Virus record (IMG/VR): IMGVR_UViG_3300021963_000040
Coordinates: 1 to 64,000 of that record
DNA length: 64,000 bases
Direction: 5' to 3' (one strand)
Source of the DNA: a virus
In this document: positions 40,138-49,305 of the stretch, piece after piece
Layout: every line of letters begins with the position of its first letter
Numbering within the stretch: position 1 is the stretch's first letter
Translations under genes and position numbers: made by a program
Notes under the pieces: model-generated
Told to the model about the DNA's origin: nothing
Database searches by the model: none
The model's input: the letters and a program-made list of their open reading frames with translations, nothing else

Positions 40138-40740
40138 ATGAAGAAAACTCTATTAGAATACGTACAAACAAACGAAAAAGAGTATCCTGTTCGAATTAAA
40201 ACAACATTTGAACTAGACGATGATAAACTTGATCGTATTGAACGTCACCTTAAAAAGTATGACGTAATTGAAGTTAATAAGCCCGAGCGTGTAATGCTCC
40301 AGGCTAACCCTATTGATTTCCCAGAAAACAACGGCTGGGAAATTTATATTATTGATGCAGTAACTCGTTTACCTGTAAGTTACGATGTTTTACAAGCAGA
40401 GCTTGTAAAAATGTTATGCGTACACGCTTCCCAAATTAAAGTTCGCAATCCTAATGCTCCGCGAGAAGAAGAAGCAGAAGCACAAGAAGAAACTAAAGAA
40501 GAAGAGTATCATGTACGCTTAACAGATCCAAAGTATGCTGAAATCGAGCAAGACAAAAAGAAATACTTTGGTGATGACTTTAATGCAGAATTTTTAAAAG
40601 GCTTACAATCTAAAGAACGTAAGCCAGTATTTGCTAAAAGATCAGATGTTAAACCATCTAAGCCTTTAAAGTCTGAAAAATCATTTAGTCCTATTAGCGG
40701 CCGTAACCAACGTCCTGATAGAAATCAACTAGGAAAATAA
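40138..40740 (+). CDS. Hypothetical late protein
   Basis: 200-aa ORF with TAAATA and GGAG upstream. Confidence 0.65.
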   Translation: MKKTLLEYVQTNEKEYPVRIKTTFELDDDKLDRIERHLKKYDVIEVNKPERVMLQANPIDFPENNGWEIYIIDAVTRLPVSYDVLQAELVKMLCVHASQIKVRNPNAPREEEAEAQEETKEEEYHVRLTDPKYAEIEQDKKKYFGDDFNAEFLKGLQSKERKPVFAKRSDVKPSKPLKSEKSFSPISGRNQRPDRNQLGK

Positions 40741-40741
40741 T

Positions 40742-41860
40742 ATGACATCTAAAATTGATTACAGCATGGACCTTGGTGCTTTAGAAAAGCAAACAGTAGG
40801 CGCCGCTGTTAATAAACTTTTAAAACACGCCGGTGTTAAAGTAAACGAACAAGCACTTAAAGAATGTGGTATGGACATGGGTATGCCTATGCAACAAGAA
40901 GAAAAAGAGCGTTTCAGTTTAACCATCACTAGCAAAGATAGAACTATCACAGTTAGCACGACTGACCCAGAAGATGTTCTACACATGATGAAACTCGGCG
41001 GCATGGATATTGACAGCCACGAAGTAACACCAATGACCGTAGGTGGCGGTGGTGCAGGTTCTCTTGTACCTGCTGGCGGTATTGAGATTGATGTTCCTGT
41101 AACAGACTTATCTAGTATGCTAGGTGGTTCTGATCATGAGGAACACGAAGAACACGAAGAGGAAGAAAAAGAAGTGGACGAATCTGCTCGTATACTTCAG
41201 TTGGCTGGTTTAAGTGAAGCCGGTGCTACCTCAGGTGATTACATTGACTATGTAAACATGAAAGGTGAACAACCTTCTGAAGATTTAACCGGTCTACCTG
41301 GCGTCGAATATGATCCAGACACTGGTATTATCTCTGTTAGAAATGCTACATCATTAGCTAACACTCATAGAGCAATTGAAGCCGCAGGTTGGCAAAAACA
41401 TGCACTAGCCGCTCGCAAAAACCCTGCAAGCAATCGCCAAGCAGGAATCGCAGGTGATACTGCATATCAACTTGAAAGCTCAGACGTAGAAGAAGCTAAA
41501 GAGCCGTTTGGCAATAGTCCTGCTACAACTAATAATTTCCGTCCACGTGTAGTCGGTAATACAGAAGATTTCGGTATGACAGGTACTGGTGAAGGTAACG
41601 ACCAGTACGGTAAGCGCCGTGCTCCTGGCCAAGGTGACAATCCTATGGGTTGGGAAGACATGGAAGAAAGCTATAAATCATTTAAGGCACAAAAACTAGA
41701 CGAAGCTAAAAAGGCAAAGCCAGATTTCTTAGACGTCGATAAAGACGGCGATAAGAAAGAACCAATGAAGAAGGCACTCAAAGATAAAGAAGAAGTTAAA
41801 GAATCACAAGGTTTATTTGCAGAATCATTATCACTATTAAAGAAATACGCAGGCATTTAA
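40742..41860 (+). CDS. Acidic low-complexity protein, probable internal head protein
   Basis: Contains KPDFLDVDKDGDKKEPMKKA (DxDxDG) and ends LLKKYAGI, like the scaffold (LKKLAGI). Confidence 0.55.
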   Translation: MTSKIDYSMDLGALEKQTVGAAVNKLLKHAGVKVNEQALKECGMDMGMPMQQEEKERFSLTITSKDRTITVSTTDPEDVLHMMKLGGMDIDSHEVTPMTVGGGGAGSLVPAGGIEIDVPVTDLSSMLGGSDHEEHEEHEEEEKEVDESARILQLAGLSEAGATSGDYIDYVNMKGEQPSEDLTGLPGVEYDPDTGIISVRNATSLANTHRAIEAAGWQKHALAARKNPASNRQAGIAGDTAYQLESSDVEEAKEPFGNSPATTNNFRPRVVGNTEDFGMTGTGEGNDQYGKRRAPGQGDNPMGWEDMEESYKSFKAQKLDEAKKAKPDFLDVDKDGDKKEPMKKALKDKEEVKESQGLFAESLSLLKKYAGI

Positions 41861-41864
41861 TCAT

Positions 41865-41888
41865 AAGGGGACTTTGGTCCCCTTTCTT
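41865..41888 (+). terminator. Intrinsic terminator
   Basis: AAGGGGAC-TTTG-GTCCCCTT followed by TCTT. Confidence 0.75.
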
Positions 41889-41918
41889 ACCTCCGCAAAT
41901 TTGTTAAATACATGTATA

Positions 41919-43469
41919 ATGGCACAACAACAAGAATACGTATTAGTTAAGAAACCTTATCAACAAGAAAGGTTTACGCCCGAACAAGTTGAAGAATTTG
42001 TTAGATGCGCCAGCGACGCAAAATATTTTATTAGCAATTATGTATGGGTACAGCATCCTACTAAAGGTAAAGTTAGATTCGAACTATACGATTATCAAAT
42101 AGAACTCATTGACGTTTATCACAACAATCGTTACAGCATTAATATGCTAGGGCGTCAGATGGGTAAGTCAACTTGCGCGGCCGCATACTTACTTTGGTAT
42201 GCTATGTTTAATCCAGATGCAACAATACTGATAGCGGCACACAAGCATACGGGCTCGCAAGAAATTATGCAACGTGTACGCTTTATGTATGAACACGTTG
42301 ATGATTTTATACGTGCAGGTAGCACAAGCTATAATAAAGGTAGTATTGAATTTGAAAACGGCAGTCGTATTGTTTCAGCAACAACTACTGAAACAACCGG
42401 TCGTGGTATGTCCTTAACACTAGTTTACCTAGACGAGTTTGCTTACGTTCCTCCACGTATTGCCAAAGAGTTCTGGACAGCAATTAGCCCTACATTATCA
42501 ACAGGTGGTAAGTGTATTATTACAAGTACTCCTAACCAAGACGATGACCAGTTTGCACAAATCTGGAAAGGTGCAGAAAAAACAGTTGACGAATTTGGCA
42601 ACGATACTGGTATTGGTGTTAACGGCTTTAAGGGCATTAAGTTTACTTGGGAAAAACATCCCGAGCGTGATCAGAAGTGGGCAGACGAAGAACGCTACAA
42701 GATTGGTGAAGAGCGTTTCCGTCGCGAGCACATGTGTGAATTCGTTACTAATGATGAAACACTAGTTAACCCAATGAAATTATTAATGCTACACGGTATT
42801 GATCCAATCATGAAAGCAGGACAAGTTCGCTGGTATAAAAATGTTGAAGCTAATCGTAGTTATGTTTGTGGATGGGATCCTAGTCTAGGTACAGGCGGCG
42901 ATATGGCGGCAATACAAGTGTATGAATTACCTACTATGATTCAAGTAGCAGAATGGCAACATAATAAAACAGACATTAGGGGACAATTACGAATCCTAAC
43001 CGGTATTACAACCTACTTAGTAGACGAAGTAAAAAAGCTAGGCAAGCAGGATGTATATTGGTCAGTAGAAAATAATACCCTAGGCGAAGCCGCCTTAGTA
43101 GCTATTACAGAGTACGGGGAAGATCGTATTCCTGGCCTGTTTATTAGTGAGCCCGGTAACAAACGTAGGGGATTTACTACAACACATAAAAGTAAGTTAC
43201 CATCATGTGCTACACTCAAGCACTGGATTGAAAGCGATAAACTAACTCTAAAGAGCAAAAATCTAATAAGAGAAGTTAAAAACTTTGTTGCTAAGGGCAA
43301 CAGTTTTTCGGCCAAGGAAGGCGAAACAGACGATTTAATTATGGCAACTATACTTTGTGTTCGTTTAATAGATTATTTGAGCAATTATGATCAAAATCTT
43401 TACGAATCATTAAAGCAAAACGGCGTAGAAACGCACGATTTGATAATGCCTATGCCCATAGCACTTTAA
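41919..43469 (+). CDS. gp17: Terminase large subunit
   Basis: LYDYQ, Walker A GRQMGKST, Walker B VYLDEFAY, ITSTP, nuclease motifs WDPSLG.GGD and TDDLIMA; start revised to ATG 41919. Confidence 0.95.
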   Translation: MAQQQEYVLVKKPYQQERFTPEQVEEFVRCASDAKYFISNYVWVQHPTKGKVRFELYDYQIELIDVYHNNRYSINMLGRQMGKSTCAAAYLLWYAMFNPDATILIAAHKHTGSQEIMQRVRFMYEHVDDFIRAGSTSYNKGSIEFENGSRIVSATTTETTGRGMSLTLVYLDEFAYVPPRIAKEFWTAISPTLSTGGKCIITSTPNQDDDQFAQIWKGAEKTVDEFGNDTGIGVNGFKGIKFTWEKHPERDQKWADEERYKIGEERFRREHMCEFVTNDETLVNPMKLLMLHGIDPIMKAGQVRWYKNVEANRSYVCGWDPSLGTGGDMAAIQVYELPTMIQVAEWQHNKTDIRGQLRILTGITTYLVDEVKKLGKQDVYWSVENNTLGEAALVAITEYGEDRIPGLFISEPGNKRRGFTTTHKSKLPSCATLKHWIESDKLTLKSKNLIREVKNFVAKGNSFSAKEGETDDLIMATILCVRLIDYLSNYDQNLYESLKQNGVETHDLIMPMPIAL

Positions 43470-43481
43470 CTAAATATACAT

Positions 43482-44756
43482 ATGGCAATTAACTATTCAC
43501 AAGTATCTAAAAGAATTTTTGACATTCTGACTGGCTCAGATTACGAAATTCTTATGGGCGATGCTGACGCTAAAAAAACATTAAACGTTAAGGAAGCAGA
43601 ACGTTTCTTTATAACAGATCTGCATAGCATGATTTTCCTTGATAAATCTACTAATACTTTAAAACTATACGTTAGTAACGCAGGAGATCCTGATGCTATA
43701 GAAAAGCTCATCGATTCATCTAAAAAGACAGCAGAGCATTTTATGATGAGATTTAGTGTTAAAAATTACGGTAAAAAGTTAGAGCCTAAAGATTTTGCGT
43801 TCCAGATTGCAGTTAAAGAAAGTCATGACATGACTGGTACTACTAAGAGTAGCTATCAACACATCAATGGCGGCAAACTTATTATTCGTCATACAAAGTC
43901 AATCAATACAGAAAATCGCGGCTCTCGTAGTCGCAGTATTAAAACACTTTATGTAGAAAACAAAGACGGCGAGCGTTTTCAGTTTCATCCTAAATGGCTT
44001 ACTGGTGCCCGTGCAATGGCACGTCACGTGGGCGCTGGCGGATATCCGTACGATGAAACAGGAACAACTATTAAAAGTTTAAGTGAAGAATATACTGCAT
44101 TACGTAAGTTTATTAGACACGCCACTGTAAAAGGTTTTGTTAACGAAGAAACCGAAGGCTTAATTGAGTTTGCTAAAAAGAAAACCATTGCAATTGAACA
44201 CGCAATGCGTCGAATGAATTTTGAAGGTCTTAAAGTAACACTAGCAGAAACAGATGCTGACCGCTCAGCTGAATTAAAAAATTCTTTTACCCAACATATC
44301 ACTAGTCAAGCAGTTGAATCAGCATTACCATACCTTCACCAACTAATGTTAGAAAAAGAAGAAATGGACGTTAGCCAGCAGGCCTTACAAACTATAGATG
44401 ATGTTGTACGCAACACGCCTAAGTTTGATGTAAGTACTATGGATAGAAATGATCATGACAACCCTATTAATTTAAGTTTCAATGATAACGATACAGCTAT
44501 TAAACATACAGCAAAATATATGATGAATCACATTACTGACCAACCAGCCAAAGATGCGATTGAGTCAGCACTACATCATTACGATCGTTGGGACCAAGAA
44601 AATAAAGACCAGTTCAACCAAATTATTAGAAACATGATTCGTAAGGTTGTACGTATAAATAAAGAAGATACACAGGTTCCAATTGACCTTGAAGTATTTG
44701 AATCAATCAAGAAGACCGCAATGGACTTTAAAGTTGAACGAATCCTTTCAAAATAA
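43482..44756 (+). CDS. Hypothetical protein (likely late/virion-associated)
   Basis: 424-aa ORF with TAAATA 5 nt before the ATG; no motif assigned. Confidence 0.7.
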   Translation: MAINYSQVSKRIFDILTGSDYEILMGDADAKKTLNVKEAERFFITDLHSMIFLDKSTNTLKLYVSNAGDPDAIEKLIDSSKKTAEHFMMRFSVKNYGKKLEPKDFAFQIAVKESHDMTGTTKSSYQHINGGKLIIRHTKSINTENRGSRSRSIKTLYVENKDGERFQFHPKWLTGARAMARHVGAGGYPYDETGTTIKSLSEEYTALRKFIRHATVKGFVNEETEGLIEFAKKKTIAIEHAMRRMNFEGLKVTLAETDADRSAELKNSFTQHITSQAVESALPYLHQLMLEKEEMDVSQQALQTIDDVVRNTPKFDVSTMDRNDHDNPINLSFNDNDTAIKHTAKYMMNHITDQPAKDAIESALHHYDRWDQENKDQFNQIIRNMIRKVVRINKEDTQVPIDLEVFESIKKTAMDFKVERILSK

Positions 44757-44768
44757 TTGGAAAAAGAC

Positions 44769-44798
44769 TTGACTTACAGAGAGTGAATCAAGTATTAT
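44769..44798 (+). promoter_or_regulatory. Sigma70-type promoter for the SSB gene
   Basis: TTGACT-18-TATTAT. Confidence 0.6.
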
Positions 44799-44864
44799 TG
44801 TGGGACTGTACTACTTAAGGTACAGTCACTCTTGGCACATAACGGCTAATATAGGAGAAACATT

Positions 44865-45824
44865 ATGGCAACTTTGGCTGAAATTAGAGCTCGACTAGCA
44901 GAGCAAGATCAAAAGTCCGGCAGAGCCGGCGGCGGTATGGATAATGCAATTTATCCGTTCTGGAACATTCCAGAGAATTCAACCGCAGTACTACGCTTCC
45001 TTCCTGATGGTGATGACAACAACACCTTCTTCTGGAAAGAACGTCAGATGATTAAGATTCCATTCGCTGGCGTTAAAGGTGGCGACACTAATAAACAAAT
45101 TTTTGTGCAAGTTCCTTGCGTTGAGATGTGGAATGAAACATGTCCTATCCACGCAGAGATCCGTCCTTGGTTTAAAGATCCACGTATGGAAGATACTGCA
45201 CGTAAGTACTGGAAGAAGAAATCTTACCTCTTCCAAGGGTTTGTAACATCTAACCCGCTCAAGGAAGAATCTACTCCTGAGAATCCAATCCGTCGATTTG
45301 TAATCAACCCATCTATCTTCACTATCATTAAGACTGCGTTGATGGATCCTGATATGGTTGAACTACCAACCGATTTCACACAAGGCACAGACTTCCGTCT
45401 TACCAAGACCACTAAAGGTCAATACGCTGACTACAGCACAAGTTCATGGGCACGTAAAGAACGTAGTTTGAACGAAGAAGAACTAGGCGCTGTTGCCCAG
45501 TTTGGCTTGTACAATCTAAACGACTTCATGCCTAAGAAACCTACAGCAGAAGAACTAAACTTGATCTTTGAAATGTTCGAAGCAAGTGTAGAAGGTGAGC
45601 TGTTTGATCCTGCACGTTTTGGTCAGTTCTATAAAGCGGCAGGGGCAACTCCCGCCGCACCTTCAACTGCTCATACAGATGACGATGAACCAGTAGCACC
45701 TCCAGCTCGTCCTGCACCAGTAGCACAACCTGCCCCGGTTGCAGAAGCTTCTGTTTCTGCACCAGCCGGCAATAAGCCAAGTGTAGATGAACTACTTAAT
45801 ATGATTCGTAATCGCAAGCAATAA
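44865..45824 (+). CDS. gp32: Single-stranded DNA-binding protein (T4 gp32-like)
   Basis: AVLRFLP, C..M..ETCPI, YWKKKSY, GTDFRLTK and YADYSTS; AGGAG SD; upstream of uvsX/uvsY. Confidence 0.88.
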   Translation: MATLAEIRARLAEQDQKSGRAGGGMDNAIYPFWNIPENSTAVLRFLPDGDDNNTFFWKERQMIKIPFAGVKGGDTNKQIFVQVPCVEMWNETCPIHAEIRPWFKDPRMEDTARKYWKKKSYLFQGFVTSNPLKEESTPENPIRRFVINPSIFTIIKTALMDPDMVELPTDFTQGTDFRLTKTTKGQYADYSTSSWARKERSLNEEELGAVAQFGLYNLNDFMPKKPTAEELNLIFEMFEASVEGELFDPARFGQFYKAAGATPAAPSTAHTDDDEPVAPPARPAPVAQPAPVAEASVSAPAGNKPSVDELLNMIRNRKQ

Positions 45825-45827
45825 ACC

Positions 45828-45856
45828 GGACTTGGGTCTTCGGACCCAAGTTTTTT
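45828..45856 (+). terminator. Intrinsic terminator
   Basis: CTTGGGTC-TTCG-GACCCAAG followed by TTTTTT. Confidence 0.9.
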
Positions 45857-45895
45857 ATGCTTAAAAAACATTTACTTTCAAATAGTAGGTTTGAT

Positions 45896-46168
45896 ATGAC
45901 TTTACCAGACGAACGATATCGTGCTGTGGCTTCAGCCAGGGAATTGTTAACAGAAATTGCTAACCCCCGAGGCCAATGGAAGCGTGTACCAAAACTATTG
46001 CGTTTACACGCAATACATTGTTTACGACATTACCCTTCTGACTATGATATGGATCGAGTTTCTGAAAAATCACCTGAGACTTTCCAGAAGAGAATGGAAC
46101 CGTTGACAAGGATGCTTACAGAGTATAAAATAGAGCAAGAGGAAGAACAAAATGACAAAACCGTTTGA
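45896..46168 (+). CDS. Small conserved-looking protein (BPSL0761-like, MTLPDERYRAV...LRHYP)
   Basis: Motif recalled from a family of small proteobacterial/phage proteins; start revised to ATG 45896. Confidence 0.5.
   Translation: MTLPDERYRAVASARELLTEIANPRGQWKRVPKLLRLHAIHCLRHYPSDYDMDRVSEKSPETFQKRMEPLTRMLTEYKIEQEEEQNDKTV
46103..46131 (+). promoter_or_regulatory. Sigma70-type promoter for uvsX (inside the upstream ORF)
   Basis: TTGACA-17-TAAAAT. Confidence 0.65.
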
Positions 46169-47231
46169 CGTTTCAAAATTTAGAAAGACAATTACTAAGT
46201 CAATCGATGGACTAAGTGTTGGCTTTAATGATCCTACAGATTGGATCAGTACAGGTAACTATGTACTAAACTATCTAGTAAGTGGCGACTTTAATCGCGG
46301 GATTCCACTAGGTAAAGTTACAGTATTTGCAGGAGAGTCTGGCGCAGGTAAAAGTTTTATCTGTTCGGGCAATCTTGTACGTAACGCACAAGAGCAAGGC
46401 ATTTATGTATTTTTAATTGATACAGAAAATGCCCTTGATGAAGATTGGTTAAAGGCTCTAGGCGTTGACACACACGAAAGTAAGATGCTAAAACTTAATA
46501 TGGCTATGATTGACGATGTGGCTAAGCTAATTAGCGATTTTGTTAAGGAATATAGAGCCATCCCAGAGGAGGATAGACCTAAGGTCTTATTCGTACTAGA
46601 CTCTTTGGGAATGTTGCTAACACCAACAGACGTCAATCAGTTCGAGGGCGGCGACCTTAAAGGCGATATGGGTCGTAAGCCTAAGGCGCTTACTGCTTTG
46701 GTTCGTAATTGTGTCAATATGTTCGGTTCGCTGAACATTGGCCTAGTAGCTACAAACCATACCTATGCAAGCCAAGATATGTTTGATCCGGATGATAAAA
46801 TCTCCGGCGGACAAGGTTTTATCTATGCTTCTAGTATTGTTGTTGCTATGCGTAAACTCAAACTCAAAGAGGACGAGGATGGCAACAAAATTTCAGAAGT
46901 TAAAGGTATCCGTGCCGCTTGCAAGATTATGAAGACTCGCTACGCAAAGCCTTTTGAATCAGTGCAGGTCAAGATCCCATATGAAACAGGTATGAATCCA
47001 TACAGCGGACTCGTGGACATGTTTGAAGGCAAAGGCATGCTCAAGAAAGAAGGCAACAGCTTGGTCTATACTACCACAGACGGCGAAGTTATCAAACAAT
47101 TCCGAAAAGCATGGGAACGAAATGATAACGGATCATTGGATAAAGTAATGGCTGATGTTACATCGAACCCATCGTCACTTGATGGCACAGAGCTAAATAT
47201 CACCGATAGCGAATCATCTAATGAGGATTAA
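46152..47231 (+). CDS. uvsX: RecA-like recombinase UvsX
   Basis: ISTGNYVLN, AGESGAGKS, IDTENA, VLDSLG, TNHTY and SGGQGFIYASS. Confidence 0.93.
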   Translation: MTKPFDVSKFRKTITKSIDGLSVGFNDPTDWISTGNYVLNYLVSGDFNRGIPLGKVTVFAGESGAGKSFICSGNLVRNAQEQGIYVFLIDTENALDEDWLKALGVDTHESKMLKLNMAMIDDVAKLISDFVKEYRAIPEEDRPKVLFVLDSLGMLLTPTDVNQFEGGDLKGDMGRKPKALTALVRNCVNMFGSLNIGLVATNHTYASQDMFDPDDKISGGQGFIYASSIVVAMRKLKLKEDEDGNKISEVKGIRAACKIMKTRYAKPFESVQVKIPYETGMNPYSGLVDMFEGKGMLKKEGNSLVYTTTDGEVIKQFRKAWERNDNGSLDKVMADVTSNPSSLDGTELNITDSESSNED

Positions 47232-47234
47232 TTT

Positions 47235-47507
47235 ATGCAAGAGGATGCAGAATTTCTAGCAACAATATGGCAAAGTTTAAAGCCATACATTCCAAAAAAA
47301 GAAACACTTGAGGCCGCAAATGTATTTTTGCGTACATTAGAAGACTATGCCAACGTCGACGAAGTTATAGACGACTTACGTGGACACGACGGTACGTTAG
47401 ATGCGGCCATTAACGATATCTACGGTAAGCCCGAAGAAATCGAAAGTGATGATTATGAGGAAGAAGATCTAGATTTTGACGGCGATTACGACTACGATGA
47501 AGAGTAA
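47235..47507 (+). CDS. Small protein with an acidic C-terminus
   Basis: 90 aa with a GAGGA SD; between uvsX and uvsY. Confidence 0.7.
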   Translation: MQEDAEFLATIWQSLKPYIPKKETLEAANVFLRTLEDYANVDEVIDDLRGHDGTLDAAINDIYGKPEEIESDDYEEEDLDFDGDYDYDEE

Positions 47508-47510
47508 TTA

Positions 47511-47972
47511 ATGTCTACATGGTTCTATAAAGTCACACAGGATCTAACTGAGCTACCTAATTGTATCGTTTGGTACGAAGCTCAGTTAGACGAGGCAAGA
47601 AAAGAAATCAAATTAAAAGGAAACCTAGAACAACACAGCCGTGAGCTTCCAGGAACTTTTGAATATAGATTTAATCAACTACAAGAAATTGAAGCAATAT
47701 TAGAACATCTGAACATTGACTTACGTAAGTTAAGATCAGAAAAATTTAAGAGATTTATAGAGCACTACAATCGCGCTCTAACTTCTCGAGATGCTGAAAA
47801 GTATGTCGACGGAGAAGCCGAAGTAGTCAGCCTAAGTAAACTCATTAACGAGTTTAGTCTTTTACGTAACAAGTATTTGGGGCTAATCAAAGCACTTGAT
47901 ACTAAACAATGGCAAGTTACAAATATTGTTAAACTACGTGTTGCTGGTATGGATGATGCTAATTTAGGTTAA
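47511..47972 (+). CDS. uvsY: Recombination mediator UvsY
   Basis: Helical, with AEKYVDGE and KQWQVTNIVKLRVAG; downstream of uvsX. Confidence 0.8.
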   Translation: MSTWFYKVTQDLTELPNCIVWYEAQLDEARKEIKLKGNLEQHSRELPGTFEYRFNQLQEIEAILEHLNIDLRKLRSEKFKRFIEHYNRALTSRDAEKYVDGEAEVVSLSKLINEFSLLRNKYLGLIKALDTKQWQVTNIVKLRVAGMDDANLG

Positions 47973-48076
47973 TTATAGATTGCTTTAGCTTGAGCAACTT
48001 TACCTGAACGAGCTAGGGCCGCGGCAGTTCTTGCGGTAATAAATGCTTCGAGTATTGCTTTTAGATATTTTTTCAT
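47969..48076 (-). CDS. 35-aa basic amphipathic peptide (not in the ORF track)
   Basis: MKKYLKAILEAFITARTAAALARSGKVAQAKAIYN; AAAGGA SD and ATGA overlap with the upstream ORF. Confidence 0.65.
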   Translation of the reverse strand: MKKYLKAILEAFITARTAAALARSGKVAQAKAIYN

Positions 48077-48228
48077 AGTTGTCCTTTCATTTTTTGATCA
48101 TATTCTCTTTGCCAGTATTCTACATCTCCTGGACTTGTTGGGTTTTTTGATTTGATATATTCCTCTAAACGTGATTGATAGTCTTGCTTAGGAAACATTT
48201 CAGATAGTCTTTCTAACAATTTAATCAT
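48073..48228 (-). CDS. 51-aa protein, DUF3563-like (not in the ORF track)
   Basis: MIKLLERLSEMFPKQDYQSRLEEYIKSKNPTSPGDVEYWQREYDQKMKGQL; AAGGA SD and TATAAATA upstream on the - strand. Confidence 0.7.
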   Translation of the reverse strand: MIKLLERLSEMFPKQDYQSRLEEYIKSKNPTSPGDVEYWQREYDQKMKGQL

Positions 48229-48305
48229 TATGGTTTTCCTTATTATGGTTACTACTGATATTTATATTGCATAGCAACATATTTTAACCCTATATAAATA
48301 AAGAT

Positions 48306-48554
48306 ATGAGTACTATATTTCCACCGAACATACAAGAAATTTTAGATCTACTAGAAGATGACCGTACTAGGACCAGTAGATTGTTTAGAGATTTGGCATA
48401 TAGAATTAAATTAGAACACGACACTGATAAAAGACGAAAGTTAGCAGAAGAAGTAGCATCATTATGCCAATCAAAATATCCTAGATTTGGCCGTTATAAT
48501 TTCATGATACAATGCGGCCTTGCTAGTGCAAGAGAAGCAGATAAAGACTTTTAA
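48306..48554 (+). CDS. Hypothetical protein
   Basis: 82-aa ORF 5 nt after TATAAATA. Confidence 0.6.
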   Translation: MSTIFPPNIQEILDLLEDDRTRTSRLFRDLAYRIKLEHDTDKRRKLAEEVASLCQSKYPRFGRYNFMIQCGLASAREADKDF

Positions 48555-48576
48555 AACCAAAGTATTACTTTTTACT

Positions 48577-48630
48577 AACCCTACAGACTGTAGGGTTTTT
48601 CTTGACTAAAAAATCGTTTGGCTTTACAAT
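48577..48630 (+). promoter_or_regulatory. Stem-loop/terminator plus sigma70 early promoter cassette
   Basis: AACCCTACA-GAC-TGTAGGGTT plus a T-run, then TTGACT-17-TACAAT. Confidence 0.75.
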
Positions 48631-48659
48631 ACACAAATCATGCACCAACAGGAGATCTT

Positions 48660-48782
48660 ATGCGTTTTGTAACTGACCGAATTCGTGTATTCCTGTTTGG
48701 AATTTGCATCAGCGTGATGGGACTGTTTAGCCCAAACAAAGCCCTACGAACTGCCCACGAAGTGCTAGATCGTCGTGGTTGA
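48660..48782 (+). CDS. 40-aa membrane-associated peptide (not in the ORF track)
   Basis: MRFVTDRIRVFLFGICISVMGLFSPNKALRTAHEVLDRRG; AGGAG SD. Confidence 0.6.
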   Translation: MRFVTDRIRVFLFGICISVMGLFSPNKALRTAHEVLDRRG

Positions 48783-48807
48783 CCAATAAATCCAATTCTG
48801 TTATAGT
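48779..48807 (+). promoter_or_regulatory. Sigma70-type early promoter
   Basis: TTGACC-17-TATAGT with an extended -10 TG. Confidence 0.7.
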
Positions 48808-48832
48808 AGTTGAAACTAACAAGGAGTTAATA

Positions 48833-49231
48833 ATGGGTCTCGATATGTACGCATTTGCAGTCAAACCTGAAGATGCTATTGACGCTACTACACTTAAAGA
48901 TCGCGATGAACGTTCGGGCGATTTTGAAGAACTTTTTTATTGGCGCAAACATCATGACCTTCATGGCTGGATGGAAGAACTTTGGATTACTAAAACAGGC
49001 GGAAATCCTGCAGGTGAAACCTTTAACTGCCGGCCTGTACGTCTAGATGAAGATGACTTGTTTGAACTAGAACAAGACGTACGGCGCAAAGCATTACCCG
49101 AAACTACTGGTTTCTTTTTTGGTAATAACCCCCAAGATGCAGAATCTATTGAACGTGATTTGGAATTCATTGCTAAAGCACGTACAGCTATTAGCGAAGG
49201 CTATTTGGTCTACTATGATAGTTGGTGGTAA
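48833..49231 (+). CDS. Conserved-looking phage protein (MGLDMY...YWRK...Y.SWW type)
   Basis: AAGGAG SD before ATG 48833; MGLDMY, YWRKHHDLHGW, LPETTGFFFG and YYDSWW. Confidence 0.75.
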   Translation: MGLDMYAFAVKPEDAIDATTLKDRDERSGDFEELFYWRKHHDLHGWMEELWITKTGGNPAGETFNCRPVRLDEDDLFELEQDVRRKALPETTGFFFGNNPQDAESIERDLEFIAKARTAISEGYLVYYDSWW

Positions 49232-49247
49232 ATGGATAACTGCCTGC

Positions 49248-49276
49248 TTGACAAAATAAGCAGGCGGTGCTATACT
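49248..49276 (+). promoter_or_regulatory. Sigma70-type early promoter overlapped by an inverted repeat
   Basis: TTGACA-17-TATACT with a TG extension; inverted repeat 49239-49268. Confidence 0.78.
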
Positions 49277-49305
49277 ATGATTACTAAATTTGTGAAAGGA
49301 ACACT

